Source: a virus
DNA length: 64,000 nucleotides
IMG/VR virus record: IMGVR_UViG_3300036773_000146
Location: 1 to 64,000 of that record
Reading direction: 5' to 3' (one strand)
Shown here: positions 29,614-41,237 of the stretch, in pieces
Numbering within the stretch: position 1 is the first letter of the stretch
Layout: every line of letters begins with the position of its first letter
Notes under the pieces: generated by a model
Told to the model about the DNA's origin: nothing
What the model saw: only the letters and a program-made list of their open reading frames with translations
Databases searched by the model: none
Position numbers and translations under genes: made by a program

Positions 29614-30210
29614 TCAGACGTTCTGCTTCTCGCCTGCGGGCGCCGGGTCCGGCACCTTGGGGGACTCCTCCCGGCCGTCCCAACCGTCGTCGTGGCACTG
29701 CGGGCACCAGGGATAGAGCCGATTGTGCTGGTGCTCGATCGTCCAGGTGATCAGGATCCAGGCCCAGAAACCCAGCTCGACGACCTCGTAGACGATGAAG
29801 TTCTGCGTGGGCACGCTCAGGGTGAGCACGACCCATCCCACCCAGAACGCCGTCGGCCAGACGGTGATCCGGACTCCCCAGAGATACAGGGTCCGGTCGT
29901 AGATCCGATGCGTCCAGGTCAGCGCCCGGTGGTGCTCCTGAGCCTCCTGGGTGCCGTCCAGCGGCACCTCGTCGATGCAGCGCCAGCAGACGTCCGTCCG
30001 GTGCACGGCCGTGGCGAAGATCGCCGCGAAGAACAGCGCGATCACCAAGCTGCCCAAGGTCATCCGGGCGACCTCGCTGTGCTCCCGCAGCAGCCCGTAG
30101 CCGCTGTCGAGAATGACCGTGACGACGAACCACCAGACGGGGTGGTGGTGCAGCCAGCGGCCGCCCCGGCGGAACGGACCCTCGGGCTGGCCCTGTTCGG
30201 CGACGGGCAT
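29614..30210 (-). CDS. Membrane protein with CxxC motifs
   Basis: About 4 TM helices; CWRC and CPQC. Confidence 0.65.
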   Translation of the reverse strand: MPVAEQGQPEGPFRRGGRWLHHHPVWWFVVTVILDSGYGLLREHSEVARMTLGSLVIALFFAAIFATAVHRTDVCWRCIDEVPLDGTQEAQEHHRALTWTHRIYDRTLYLWGVRITVWPTAFWVGWVVLTLSVPTQNFIVYEVVELGFWAWILITWTIEHQHNRLYPWCPQCHDDGWDGREESPKVPDPAPAGEKQNV

Positions 30211-30644
30211 CAGTCGCTCACCTGCCAGACGGCCTCGACGCGGACCCGGAAACCGAACGACAAGCCGTCGTTGGTGCGCCCGTACAGCTCGACCTCGCGA
30301 TCGGTCGCCCCCTCAACCTCGAACACATCGAAGCCCTCGTAGCTCCCCAGCATCAGGTGATGGCCGATCTGCTTGGCGACCTCCTGCGGAAGGGGGATCC
30401 GGCGCGCGGCCATCTCCTCGGCCGACTTGACCTGCTCGACCTTGAAACCCGCCACGGCGAGGTTGCCGTAGCCGCCATGCCAGTTGCCCCAGTAGAAGCC
30501 CACGCCGTCTTCGGCGTCCGCGTCCGAGACGTAGTCGTCCACGATGAACTCCGCGCCCTTCGGCACGGCGATCGCAGGGTTACACAGATTCACGGTGTTC
30601 TCGATGACACGCGCCAGGGCGCCCTGTTTCATCGGTTCGATCAT
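30210..30644 (-). CDS. Hypothetical protein
   Basis: Coupled ORF. Confidence 0.65.
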   Translation of the reverse strand: MIEPMKQGALARVIENTVNLCNPAIAVPKGAEFIVDDYVSDADAEDGVGFYWGNWHGGYGNLAVAGFKVEQVKSAEEMAARRIPLPQEVAKQIGHHLMLGSYEGFDVFEVEGATDREVELYGRTNDGLSFGFRVRVEAVWQVSD

Positions 30645-30701
30645 GATCAGCCTTTCAACGAGGGAAGGGCGGGGCCGTCATCACGACGGCCCCGCCGGAG
30701 G

Positions 30702-31364
30702 TCACTTGCAGGCCTTGGTCTGGTGTGCGCCGTAGCTGGCCTGCGCCTTGGTGAAACCCTCACCGGCCGACGAGGAGAGCTGCTGCGTCAGGCCGGAGCA
30801 GGAGAACGACGTGTAGTCGAGGTACTGCTGAGCCGACTTCGCGGCCTGCGCGTTGTAGTCCACGGTGAGGCTGTCCACGGCCTGCGTGGCGACGTCCTTC
30901 GGGAACCCCTCGCCCGCCGTGGAGGACAGCTGGCGGATGAGCCCGGCCCGGGAGAAGGCGGTGTAGTTCAGGTACGACTGGGCCGAGCTGCGCGCCTGCT
31001 CCACCTGCGGCGGGTACTGGGGCGCCTCGGTCGTCGGTGCGGCCGCCGGGGTGACGGGCGCGGCCGGAGAGACGCTGTCGGCAGTGCCCGGGAGCTTGGC
31101 CCACTCGCACGTGTACGGGTCCCAGGCCACCGAGCTGCCGTCAGCGGGCGGCGTCGGCGTCCCCTTGGGTTCCGGGCAGACGGAGGTGAGCCCGGTGGAC
31201 GGGGCGGCTGCCGGGGTCGTGGCCGGAGTGCCGCCACCACCGGTGACGCCCACGACGATGCCGAGGACGATGAAGCCGCCGACGATCGCACCGGTGATCT
31301 TCAGAGCCCGGTGCTTCTTCTTGGGCGCGGGAGCCTGCGGCGACGGGGGATAAACGTTGGTCAT
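30702..31364 (-). CDS. Ltp-family superinfection-exclusion membrane protein
   Basis: N-terminal TM helix, Pro/Thr linker and two Ltp repeats (QA..SA..YL.YT.FS..GL..QLSS.AGEGF...A..A). Confidence 0.88.
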   Translation of the reverse strand: MTNVYPPSPQAPAPKKKHRALKITGAIVGGFIVLGIVVGVTGGGGTPATTPAAAPSTGLTSVCPEPKGTPTPPADGSSVAWDPYTCEWAKLPGTADSVSPAAPVTPAAAPTTEAPQYPPQVEQARSSAQSYLNYTAFSRAGLIRQLSSTAGEGFPKDVATQAVDSLTVDYNAQAAKSAQQYLDYTSFSCSGLTQQLSSSAGEGFTKAQASYGAHQTKACK

Positions 31365-31662
31365 GGATCTGCTGCTTTCTGTCGGTAGTGCAAGTGGATC
31401 AAAAAGTGAAAGTTATGAGCGCCACCAGGCGGTGACCAGGTGCCCGATCAGCCAGACCAGCACCACGGCGGCGAGGACGAAGCAGAGGAACACCCAGTCG
31501 TTCACCCGGGTCAGTCCTGCTCGACGGGCAGCAACGGCTCAGCTTCGACGTCGCGCAGGTTCTGGGCCAACATCCGGGCCGCGAGGTCTCCCCGGCCGGT
31601 GCCACCCCGGGAGAGATTGGTGATCTCCTGGTCGCTCTGCTCCAGGACGGTCGCGCGGCGCA

Positions 31663-32097
31663 TCAGTTCTCCTCGGGAAGGGTGTCGCGCTCGGGCAGCT
31701 GGTCGTTGCCCAGCTCACGGTCGCGCAGCTCGGCGCGCACCAGGACGAGCTTCTCGCGGTGGATCCGGCGGGTGGCCTTGTAGCAGGCGCGGTGGTCGAT
31801 CGCCTTGAGCAGCTCGCGCTCCAGGTTCTTCAGCGAGGCCGTGCTGGAGATCGCGAACCTCGTGATCAGCGCGGACCGGCGCTCGGACTCGTCGAGCCGG
31901 GCCCGGCCGTGCAACTCGGTCATGAGCAGGCTGTACTTGGCCTTGGGCTCGCGCAGGGTCATCGAGCTGCCGCCGCCGTGGCGGCGAATCACCTGGACGT
32001 TCGAGTCGAGCAGCAGGCCCAGCGTGCGCTCGGGCATGGTGGCGTACCGGGCCGCGTAGTCGGCGAGGTCGAGGATGAACGGCGGGTGGTGCAGCAT
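31663..32097 (-). CDS. Hypothetical protein
   Basis: Start motif at 32104. Confidence 0.7.
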   Translation of the reverse strand: MLHHPPFILDLADYAARYATMPERTLGLLLDSNVQVIRRHGGGSSMTLREPKAKYSLLMTELHGRARLDESERRSALITRFAISSTASLKNLERELLKAIDHRACYKATRRIHREKLVLVRAELRDRELGNDQLPERDTLPEEN

Positions 32098-32131
32098 GTC
32101 GGACCTCCGGTGCGGTCTGTTGAACTGACAA

Positions 32132-32165
32132 GACCGACCCTACCCGATCAGGTAGGGTCGGTCAA
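32132..32165 (-). promoter_or_regulatory. Promoter within an extended inverted repeat
   Basis: TTGACC-N17-TAGGGT; arms GACCGACC/GGTCGGTC. Confidence 0.85.
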
Positions 32166-32177
32166 GGGCCTTTCTGC

Positions 32178-32666
32178 TCAGCCCAGGTGCCAGGGGGCCC
32201 GGCCGGACACGACGGCCTGCTGCATCCGGTCGGCGTACTTGCGGCGCAGGGTCTCGGCGATCGGCCCCACGACGGCGCTGTGCTGGGAGAAAGTGTCCAC
32301 GTCCTTGTTGCCCGCCGGGTCGCTGCGGATCTCGATGCCGAAACAGGAGCTGCGCTTAGAGAGGTTGACGGCGCAGTGCATGACCCCGGCCGGGACGTAC
32401 ATCACCGCCTCCGGCCCGTGCAGGTACGGCACCCACTCCTCGCCCTCGCGGACCAGGGTGGCGCCGTAGCCGTCCAGCAGGCGCACGGCGATCGGGCTTT
32501 TCCAGTGCACGTGCGGGATGGAAATGCCGTCCGGCGGCATCCACACGTCGAGGATAGAAAACGGCGGGGTCTCCCCCGCCGTCTCCTCGGTCAAAATCGG
32601 CCGCAGCTTCTGTCCCTGCGGCCCGGTGATCTGGTCGATACTGTTGATCTCGATACGCACAGTCAT
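32178..32666 (-). CDS. Cupin-domain protein
   Basis: PHVH...YVPAGVMHCAVN cupin motifs. Confidence 0.8.
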   Translation of the reverse strand: MTVRIEINSIDQITGPQGQKLRPILTEETAGETPPFSILDVWMPPDGISIPHVHWKSPIAVRLLDGYGATLVREGEEWVPYLHGPEAVMYVPAGVMHCAVNLSKRSSCFGIEIRSDPAGNKDVDTFSQHSAVVGPIAETLRRKYADRMQQAVVSGRAPWHLG

Positions 32667-33545
32667 GCGGTTACTTTCTCACGCGACCGGACGATCAGGA
32701 CTCCGTTGTGCGCCTGGCCCGCTCACGGGAGATCGCGGCGTCGTAGTCGATGTTCATCTCGACCACGTCGTAGTTGGCCGTGTAGACCTCGCCGTCGCCC
32801 TTGTCGTAGTCCTGGAAGTCATCACGGACCTCGCCGTGATGATCAATCACCGGCAGGTGGCTGGGGATCTCGTCGCCCTCCAGGTAGACGACGGGCGGTG
32901 GGGTCCACCCGGCCTTCAACAGAGCCTTGCGCAAGATGGCCGCGCGCTGGGCGGTGGATCCACCAAGCACGCTGGCCATCTTGCCAACGACCTCGTCGAG
33001 GTCGGTCTTGCGAACGGGTCTGGGCACGTGGCCCTCCTTCAAATTCGGATCAGGCATTCGGTGGCGTAGCCGTGGCAGCCCACCAGCTGGATGGCCGTGC
33101 AGGAGGCCTCGATCCAGCTGGGTGCCTCGATCTGCACCCAGGCCCACTCGGCGACGAGCACGCCCTCCTGGAGCAGCTCGTGGGTGGTGATGCCCACGTC
33201 GAACTCGTAGACGGCCACGGTCAGAACGCCTTCTTGAGCAGCACGTAGAGAGCGACCGCGACGATCGCGCCGAGCACGTAGACGAGGGTCCAGTCGAAGT
33301 CGGTCATGATCAGACCACCTGCACCGGAGTGGCACTCCAGACGCGCCCTGCGCGGGTCAGTGCGAACTCGATCTGGACGTCGCGGAACTCGGGGTTCTCG
33401 ATGTCGTAGTTGATGCCCCCGTCGGACTGGGTCTGCAAGACCCGGCCGTCGGTGAGGAAGATCTTGAAGCGCGGGTTGCCGTTGACCGACAGCTTGAGCC
33501 GCTGAAGGGATTCGATACGACCCTGCGTGGTGTTCTGCATGATGA

Positions 33546-33905
33546 TCAGTCCTCCGGGTAGGCGGCGAGGATGCAGCCGTTGATGGCCTCGAAATGAAAG
33601 GCGTACTCGGCGGCTACGGCCTTGGCCGAGGCGGTCTGCGACCACTCGTAGGGCCAGTCGTAGACATCGCCCTCCCAGGCGATGGAGACGGCGCCCTGGG
33701 GCAGCTCTTCGTGCGTGTGGCCCGCCACGAAGAAATCGGTCACGTCGGCCCCGTAGTGCCGGGCCACGGCCAGCGCGACGGTGGCGGCCTTGGCCAGCTC
33801 CAGGCTGGTGCCCTCGCCGGTGCGCGGGCCCTGGCTGTACAGGCCCGTACCGCTGTCGCGCACGTAGGCGGTGTACTCGGGAAGGCTGATCTTGATTTCA
33901 TGCAT
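33546..33905 (-). CDS. Hypothetical protein
   Basis: Start motif at 33911. Confidence 0.7.
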   Translation of the reverse strand: MHEIKISLPEYTAYVRDSGTGLYSQGPRTGEGTSLELAKAATVALAVARHYGADVTDFFVAGHTHEELPQGAVSIAWEGDVYDWPYEWSQTASAKAVAAEYAFHFEAINGCILAAYPED

Positions 33906-33935
33906 GCGGACCTCCGGTGCGGCCTGAACGAACAA

Positions 33936-33969
33936 GACCCACCCTACCCGTTCAGGTAGAGTGGGTCAA
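33936..33969 (-). promoter_or_regulatory. Promoter within an extended inverted repeat
   Basis: TTGACC-N17-TAGGGT; arms GACCCACC/AGTGGGTC. Confidence 0.85.
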
Positions 33970-33981
33970 GGCCCTGCGCGG

Positions 33982-36900
33982 TCAGGGCGTGTACGGGATG
34001 GTCGCGTGCAGGATCACCGTGGTGTTGGCCTGGATCTCGGAGAGCAGGAAGTAGTTCCCGAACGAGCTGTCCTTCGTCCACGCGTCCGGCTGCCGGGTCG
34101 ACTGCCAGATACCCGCGTCCGAGCCGGGGTTCTGGGCCACCCACTCGGCCGGGTTGTTCGTCAGCTCGCTCAACGGCGCCATGGCCAGCAGCTTACCCAG
34201 GTAGTCGCGCATGATCGGCCAGTTGGTGCCCGGGTCCGGCACGTCGGCGAAGGTCCCCACGATGAGGATCAGCGGCGTCTTGATCGTGTCCGACGCGCCG
34301 ATGGCGGTCAGCTCGGCTTCGGCGTGGTCGCCCAGTGCGGTCATGATGGTCTCCCTGGTCGGGAGGGCTTCCCCGCCCTCACCTATTCGTGCCGTCGCGC
34401 GGGTCCGGCGGCATGGGCTCGGGTCCGAAGCGCTGCTCGGTCCGGCCATCCGCCCAGTCGTTGGCGGCGGACTTGTCGGCGCCGTGATCACGCGAACCCT
34501 GGTAGTACTCCTCGTGGTGGGCCAGCCACTGGGTGCGGGTGAGGTCGGAGTGCTTGTCCGAGGCGCCGCACGTCGGGCAGAGGCCGAGGGGCTCCTTCCA
34601 GATGATCGCCTGGGTGATGGGATCCACCACCTCCACGGCAGGGGCCAGCTGGCCGAGCACCTCGGCGGTGCGCAGGTGCAGGTAGGCGAGGTCGGTCCAC
34701 GGCCCTCCCGGAGTGCCCAGACCGCCGTTCTCCCGGCGGCGAATGTAGCTCTGGGCCGCCTTCACGTGGTCCTGGGCGTTCATGTCGGTCATGCTTCCTC
34801 CAGCGCTGCTTCGGCGCGGAGCGTGGGCTCCACGCTGTCGGGACATCGGTAGCCGAGCGCACGCAGCGCGGCCACCCGGTCGGCGGCCGCGCTCGCAGTA
34901 GGCTCCTCGAAGGTCTCGCCCGCGTGCGGCAGGTCGAGATCCTCGTGGTGGTAGGGCAGTGTGCTCACGAGCTGATAGCGCGCGATGCACCGCTCGACGA
35001 AGTCCACCGAGCCAGTCGGCACCAGTGGTGGCAGCGGTTCGTCGAAGACCATCCGGCGCGCGGCGACGGCGACCCTCCAGCCGCCGCTCGCGTCCTCCCA
35101 GACGTACAGATCGCACTGGAAGTCGTCGGTGCTCCACCTGCAATAACTCACCGCTCCTCCAGTGGCTCGGTCGGCGGCGTCGCGGGCTCGAAGGGCACTC
35201 CGGCGCCGCCGACTTCGGGATGCTGCCACCAGCGCTCGACCTTCATGCCGTCGCCTGGGTGGTTCCGCTCGGAAACCTCGTCGATCGCGTCGGCCCACAG
35301 GTTTTTCTGCTCAGTGGTCAGCTGCTTGGTGACGTAGTGCCACTTCACGTAAAGCCAGATGCTGGCCAGCAGCTCCTTGTACTCGTCAACCCGGGGCTTG
35401 AGCGCCTGGCCTCCGATGATCTCGCGAATCTCCTCGAAGGCCCGATGGTCGTTCGGATAGAACCCGATGCTGTCCAGCACCCCCTGGATCGCGTTGAGCT
35501 GCTGAGCCAGGAACGCCCCGTGCCGCGCGGCCTGCTTGAGCATGGCCTTCACGCCGTCGAGTTCGGCCTGCTGATGCCGGATGTGGGCGGCGTGCACCCG
35601 ACGGATCCGCTCCGACTGGGCCAGTTGTTCGCGCAGGTCGTCGATCTCGCTCACGAGACGTGGCCTTTCTCGTCGTAGGTGCGCTTGCCGTCCATGACGT
35701 CACGCAGCTCCCGGACGCCGCGCTCGGCCTTCCGGAACGCCTCCTCGACGGCGTGCCGGTGGTCGGGCCGCACGTTGCGCATGTCGCTGTCGGCCTCGGT
35801 CATGGTCAGGTACTGCAACGCCATCTCCACGAAGTAACCGGTGATCATCCGACCTTGCGGGTCGTGGATGTCGCCGAAGAAGTCGGCCAGCTCCTTGCGG
35901 GTCTCCGGCAACGTGGCGTCCTTCGCGCCCGGAGCGCCGGGGATGGCCAGTTGCAGGCTGATCCACCGGGACAGCAGGCTGTAGGGGCTGCCGGAATTGG
36001 CGAAGACTCCGGCGAGGCCGTTGTCCACCAGCCAGACGTGGGTCTCGCTGATCAGCTTGATCAGCTCCTCGCGATTGAGCATGAGGCGCACGTTCTCGGT
36101 CATGACTCCTCCACCAGAGTCTTGATGCGCTCCAGCGCGCGGATCGCGTCGGCGAGTTCCCGCTCGGCGCCGTCGGTGCGGGGATCATCGGCGTCCACGT
36201 CGAAGTAGAGGGCCAGGGCGGACCGCAGGGCGACCTTGCTGACACCCTGCTCCGGCAGCAGCAACACCCGCGACGACGGGTTCTTTATCGCCTCGTCCAG
36301 ACTGGCTAGCGTCTCGGCGGTGGGCGTCCAGTCCGCGTCGAGGCGCAGCGGCTGCGGTGCCGGGCCCGAGAGGATGAACTGCCCGACCGTGCCCTTGAGG
36401 TCCTCGACGAGGTTGCCGTGGGCCAGCTCGATGTCCTCGGTGGTGCCGTCGGCGTGCGTGACGTGCCAGACGCCCGTGAACTCGAACAGGTAGCTGTCGT
36501 CGGCGCTCATGAACCCTCCTCGGTGTAGTCGGCCAGCTCCTGCTGGCAGGCCCGGTGCAACGCGAGCGACGCGCGCAGCTGATTCCACGTGCTCAGGGAG
36601 AGTGCGGACAGCAGCGCCACCGCTACGAGCTGGACCGCCTGGATGGCGTGGCTGGTGGGTGGCGGCGCGAAGCCGATCAGGAAAACCAGCTCGGCGATGA
36701 AGATCAGGCCGACGATCACCGTGGACACGATCCGGGTCCGCAGGATCTTGCGTGCGGTGTAGGCCTTGAGCGACAGCAGCCGCAGTTCGAGCGGCGGATA
36801 GCCATTGTCGATGTTCATTCGTCACCCACCAGCCTCCGCAGCTCGGCCCACTTGACGCCCAGCTCGCGCCGGACCTCGGCCAGCACGGGCTCGACCAGTG

Positions 36901-38500
36901 CGAAGTCGACGCCCTGATCCACGGCGTCGTCGACCGCCATGTACAGCATGTCCATGTCCGTACTGATCTCGCGGATGAACCGCGCGGCACGCTGAGTGTC
37001 ACTGGTCAACGGGCTCTTGCTCATGAGATCACTCCTCGGGTTATGACCAGGGCCAAGGCCACCGCGACGACGCCGTGGCTCAGGCACAAGAACAGGGCGA
37101 GAGGTACGGCGGCCGGGATGGCCCGGCACCGCACTCCCCAGGTGGCGCTGACGAGCACGACGGCCACACACCAGATGGCCATGACCGCCAGCAAGACGTT
37201 CAGGTCGTCACCCCCTTGGTCGCGGCGATCGCGCAGACCGTGATGACGAAGCCGTTGATCACCAGCGAGATCACCAGCGAGATCACGGCGCCGGTGCCGG
37301 TGTATTTGACGACTTTCTTCTGCCCGGCCGAATACATGGCCGCGAGGATGTTCAAGCCGCAGAGGCCCGCGACAATCCACAGCAAGACGTTCATTCCCGA
37401 TCTCTTTTCCAGTCGATGACGATGGCCGCGACCAGCGCGACCAGGATGGCCAGGAGGATGAGCACGAAGGCCGAGCCGACGCCCCAGGCGACGGCCGGGC
37501 TCAACGCTTCGTCCAAGTGCGACGGGGTCGGGTCCATGCGTGCAGCGTGGCAGTGCCCTCGGCGGTGAGGCGCACGTAGTAGTGCGCAGCCACCGGGCCC
37601 GGTTCCAGCTCGGTCAGACCGGCCTCGCCCAGCTCGCGCATGGCGGCCGACGCGTGCTTGATCACGGGCTCGCCGAGACGGTCGGTCCAGCAGCCCTCCC
37701 AGTGGTGCCGGTTGCCCGCCGCCACCTGGTGCAGCTCGGCCTCGCGACGATCGGTGCGGGTGAAGGGCCGGGCCTCGGCCGGGGCGCTCATGAGCCGTTC
37801 CTGATCTCGTTGGCGAGGTCGCGCAGCTCGTCTCTCCGGTAGCTGGACACAGGCCAGTCCTCGTCTTCTTGAGCCAGCTCCGTCAGCACAGCAGCGACGG
37901 CCAGGGCCAGCTCGCGATCGAGAAATTGCCGGGTGCACAACAGGTGCGTTTGCGTGCAGCCGATCATGTCGTCGACTACCTCCGTGTGGGCGGCGCGCAC
38001 TAGCCGCTCCGGCAGGCTCATACCGCACCCCAGCGGTCGTGGTGGACGAGCCCGGACTGGGTTACGGTGACGTCGCCGGGGATCTCGCGCACGGACAGCA
38101 GACCGGCGCGCAGCAGGTCCGCCAGCGGCCGGGCGAGGTAGTGCCGGACCAGCGTGCCGGTGGCGTGCCGGAACTGGCCGTCGTAGTGCAGGGGCTCGGT
38201 CACGGCGGCGTGCAGCGCCGCATGCCGGGGCCGGGTGCCGTAGACGATCGGCGCGGGACTCTCCCAGTCGGCCATCGTGCGGCGGCCCTTGTCGGTGATG
38301 TGGGCGCGGAGCAGGCTCCCGGCCTCGGGTACCAGCTCGATCAGGCCGTCCTCCAGTATCTCGCGCAGGGCGCGGCTCTGGTGGCCGGTGACCACGTTGC
38401 TGTCGAGGTCGTACCACGAGGTCTCGAACTTGTCGCGCTCCTTGCGCTCGACGGCGCGGAGTTCGCTCAGTCTCAGGCGGGATGAGGGGATAACGCTCAC
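33982..38500 (-). other. Long operon of small hypothetical and membrane genes (incl. 33982-34344, 35148-35654, 35651-36103, 36507-36818, 38018-38500)
   Basis: Mostly coupled ATGA/GTGA overlaps; start motif at 38507. Confidence 0.6.
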
Positions 38501-38537
38501 GAGGTGCCTCCAGTGCGGCAGTGGGGCGGATGGTCGG

Positions 38538-38834
38538 TCAAGCGAGGCTGCGGCAGAGCTTCTGAATCCGCACGGCGGGGCGGGAGACGAACTGGTCGGT
38601 GACGTGCATCCCGCGTGGACGAGGCAGCACCCAGGCAACCGGGGTGCCGTCGTGGTAGACGAGATAGGAGACGCTACCGTCCATCGCCTCGGCGATCAGC
38701 CGGGAGAACTCCAGGCCGCCCAGCTGGCCCTGGACGAGGCTGTCGGCGCTCGGCTGCACCTCGGCGCGGATGGGACCGCTCCGGAACGCCCGGCGGTGCA
38801 GGATGTGCTCTTCGATCTCGCGGTAGGTGGCCAT
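38538..38834 (-). CDS. Hypothetical protein, paralog of 38841-39137
   Basis: Shared GQL...VSYLVY...TP.AW.L motif. Confidence 0.7.
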   Translation of the reverse strand: MATYREIEEHILHRRAFRSGPIRAEVQPSADSLVQGQLGGLEFSRLIAEAMDGSVSYLVYHDGTPVAWVLPRPRGMHVTDQFVSRPAVRIQKLCRSLA

Positions 38835-38840
38835 CGTCGG

Positions 38841-39137
38841 TCAAAGCCCGAGGCCGTAGCGGCAGGTGTGCTGGAGCTGCGACGTGGTCTGCGAGAAACG
38901 CTGCGCGGTCACGTGCGCCTGGCCGTCGAGGATCCACGCGATCGGCGTGTAGTAGCTGTAGACGAGGTAGGAGACGCGACCCTCGGCGACGGCCGTGCGC
39001 AGCGCGGCGTACTCCCCCTCGTTGAGCTGGCCCTGACCCACGCTGCCGGGATGCACCTCGGCGTGCGAGGACGCGGCCTCATAGGCCTCGCGGTTCTGGA
39101 TACGGACCTCGTATTGACTGCGCGTGAGTCGCGGCAT
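38841..39137 (-). CDS. Hypothetical protein (YSY.TPIAW motif family)
   Basis: Start motif at 39143. Confidence 0.7.
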   Translation of the reverse strand: MPRLTRSQYEVRIQNREAYEAASSHAEVHPGSVGQGQLNEGEYAALRTAVAEGRVSYLVYSYYTPIAWILDGQAHVTAQRFSQTTSQLQHTCRYGLGL

Positions 39138-39166
39138 GGCTGCCTCCTGTGCGGCTGATGTGGTAA

Positions 39167-39200
39167 GACCGAGCCTACCTGATCGGGTAGGCTCGGTCAA
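39167..39200 (-). promoter_or_regulatory. Promoter within an extended inverted repeat
   Basis: TTGACC-N17-TAGGCT; arms GACCGAGC/GCTCGGTC. Confidence 0.85.
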
Positions 39201-39310
39201 GATCTGATCGAGGGGACGGCGACCGAGAGCAGGGTTGCGCCGCTCGCGCCCAACCAGCCCGGCGCGCTGCCCTCGGTTCTTATGTGGCTGTCCACGCCGC
39301 CCGGCGGCTC

Positions 39311-40123
39311 TCAGACGAGCCGGAAGTGCTCGTCGGTCAGCTCGGTCAGCGACTTGGGCCCGAGACGGCGGATCTTCTTGCCCTCGCGCTTGGCGTTCCA
39401 GGCCTGAGCCAGCAGGCCCAGGAACGGCTTGACCAGCTTGGAGCCCTGGGTCACCTGGTTCATCCGGACGATCGCGTTGCGCAAGGTCAGCTCCGGGTCG
39501 CCGTCGATGAGGCCGGAGCCCTTCTGCACACCGGTCCAGAAGTCGACCGCCAGGGCCGGGTCGATCTCGTGGGTGAGGAAGTACATCGCGGCGGCCGCGC
39601 TCGGGATCGCCCCGATCTCGTGCCGCAGGTTGACCCCGTACCGCACGGCATTGATCATCGGCTCGCGGTTCTTCACGCCGAACTCGACGATCTCGGAGTC
39701 GGTGGGCTTGTAGCCCTCTGACTTGATCTCCTCGATCTGCCACAGGAGCACGATGCGGGCGGTGGCCGCCACCAGCTTCGCCGAGGGCATCTGGAACCGC
39801 ATGGTCAGTTCGTCGGCGGCCGTGCGCTTGCGCTGCTTGTCCATCTTGTAACGGTGCTGGCGGTCGATGCCCTCGATGATGATGAACTCGATCTGGCGGC
39901 CGGACTGGACTACGGCGGACAGCCGGTGCTGGCCGTCGATGAGGTTGCCGTCCTGGTCGAACTTGATCGTCTCCCCGATGTTGGGGAAGTCGCCGTTGGC
40001 CATGTCGCGGGCGAGCTTGTCCACCCAGTCCTGCGACAAGGTGCGGTTCTCGCAGTTCGTGGACAGCCAGTCCTTGGCCATGCGCGGCGTGACGAGCAGT
40101 TTGCGGTGCTTGAGTTCGGTCAA
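39311..40123 (-). CDS. ParB/Srx-like (DGQHR) domain protein
   Basis: TP.MA..WL..N..NR.LS...V..LARDM..G...I.FD..G.LIDGQHRL.A; TTG start after the start motif at 40134. Confidence 0.8.
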   Translation of the reverse strand: MTELKHRKLLVTPRMAKDWLSTNCENRTLSQDWVDKLARDMANGDFPNIGETIKFDQDGNLIDGQHRLSAVVQSGRQIEFIIIEGIDRQHRYKMDKQRKRTAADELTMRFQMPSAKLVAATARIVLLWQIEEIKSEGYKPTDSEIVEFGVKNREPMINAVRYGVNLRHEIGAIPSAAAAMYFLTHEIDPALAVDFWTGVQKGSGLIDGDPELTLRNAIVRMNQVTQGSKLVKPFLGLLAQAWNAKREGKKIRRLGPKSLTELTDEHFRLV

Positions 40124-40162
40124 GGGGGTGCTCCCTCCAGTGCGGGGTCTGTACGGTGGTTG

Positions 40163-40192
40163 ACACTACCCGACCGAGTAGGATCTTGGCAA
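40163..40192 (-). promoter_or_regulatory. Palindrome-containing promoter
   Basis: TTGCCA-N18-TAGTGT. Confidence 0.7.
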
Positions 40193-40310
40193 ATGAAGAG
40201 GTCGGAAGCGGGATCTGATCACTCAGCGTCATCCCGCTCCCGACCTGGGAAAAGGCTTCGGGTCGCTCCAGGGGCTACCTCGAAGGTTGAAGATCGATTG
40301 TGACGCTGTG

Positions 40311-40613
40311 TCACAACCTCTCGATGGCCTCGCCGACGAGGTCATCGGCAGCCCGGTAGTCCACGTTCTCGATGTCGCCGTCCTCGTCGAGGATGCCCTT
40401 GATGATTCCGGCCTTGATCAGGGCCGCGTACACCTCGTACTGCCAGCCGCTGTTGCCGAACGGGCGCTTGCCGTTGAAGGACTCTCCGTCCTCCCACACG
40501 CACGTCAGCAGCTTGATCAGATACGCCCGGACCGTGGTCGCACCGGCATCGTTGTCCATGGGGTCCATCGGCGCGGCCAGCACGGCGTCGAGCCTGGCGG
40601 GGTCGGTGCTCAT
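40311..40613 (-). CDS. Phage hypothetical protein
   Basis: F.GKRPFGNSGW motif; coupled ORF. Confidence 0.65.
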   Translation of the reverse strand: MSTDPARLDAVLAAPMDPMDNDAGATTVRAYLIKLLTCVWEDGESFNGKRPFGNSGWQYEVYAALIKAGIIKGILDEDGDIENVDYRAADDLVGEAIERL

Positions 40614-41237
40614 GAATGCTCCTCGTCGTTTGCTCTGTCGCGGAAGCCATCGATCACCATGACGATGGTCCAGAAGCAGGTGTAGATCACGGCCGCGAAG
40701 GCGGCGTACACCAGGCCAGTCAGCGAGAACCCCGGCTCGGCGGCGCCAAGCAGGCCGCCCACGTCGGCGGTTGCCAGGATGAAGAACGTCAGCGAGAGCC
40801 AGCGCACCAGGAACGGCGGCGCGGTGACCTTGATCTTCTGCCCGCTCACTTGACCTCCAGGATGGGCACGCCGTAGCCGGTCACGCGGATCTGCACGAAG
40901 TGGCCGAGCGGGATGATGTCCAGGCCCGGCCGCGTGGTGAGGATCGCCGGGATGTCGTTGCCCTCGATCACCGCGTCCCGGGCCTCCAGCTCGTCCACGA
41001 CGGCGTACCGCACCGGCTCCCAGCCGACCACACTGCGGCCGTCCTTCGCGGCGTCTCCGGCGATCTGAGCCCGCATGTACGCCTCCACGCTCGCGTAGGT
41101 GCCCTCCTGGGCCACCAGGTTGCGCCCGATGACCTGCGCGGCGTCGTGCTTGGTCGTCTCGCTGGCATGCCGCATCACGTGCTCGGCGATCTTCTTGCCC
41201 ATGGCCTGGGCCGGGCGCTTGTTCGTGCGGGGGATGG

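Noticed and set aside
39138-40232. 463-aa version of ORF 38841-40232
   Set aside because: The upstream part overlaps the ParB-like gene and a promoter; the true start is at 39137 after the start motif.
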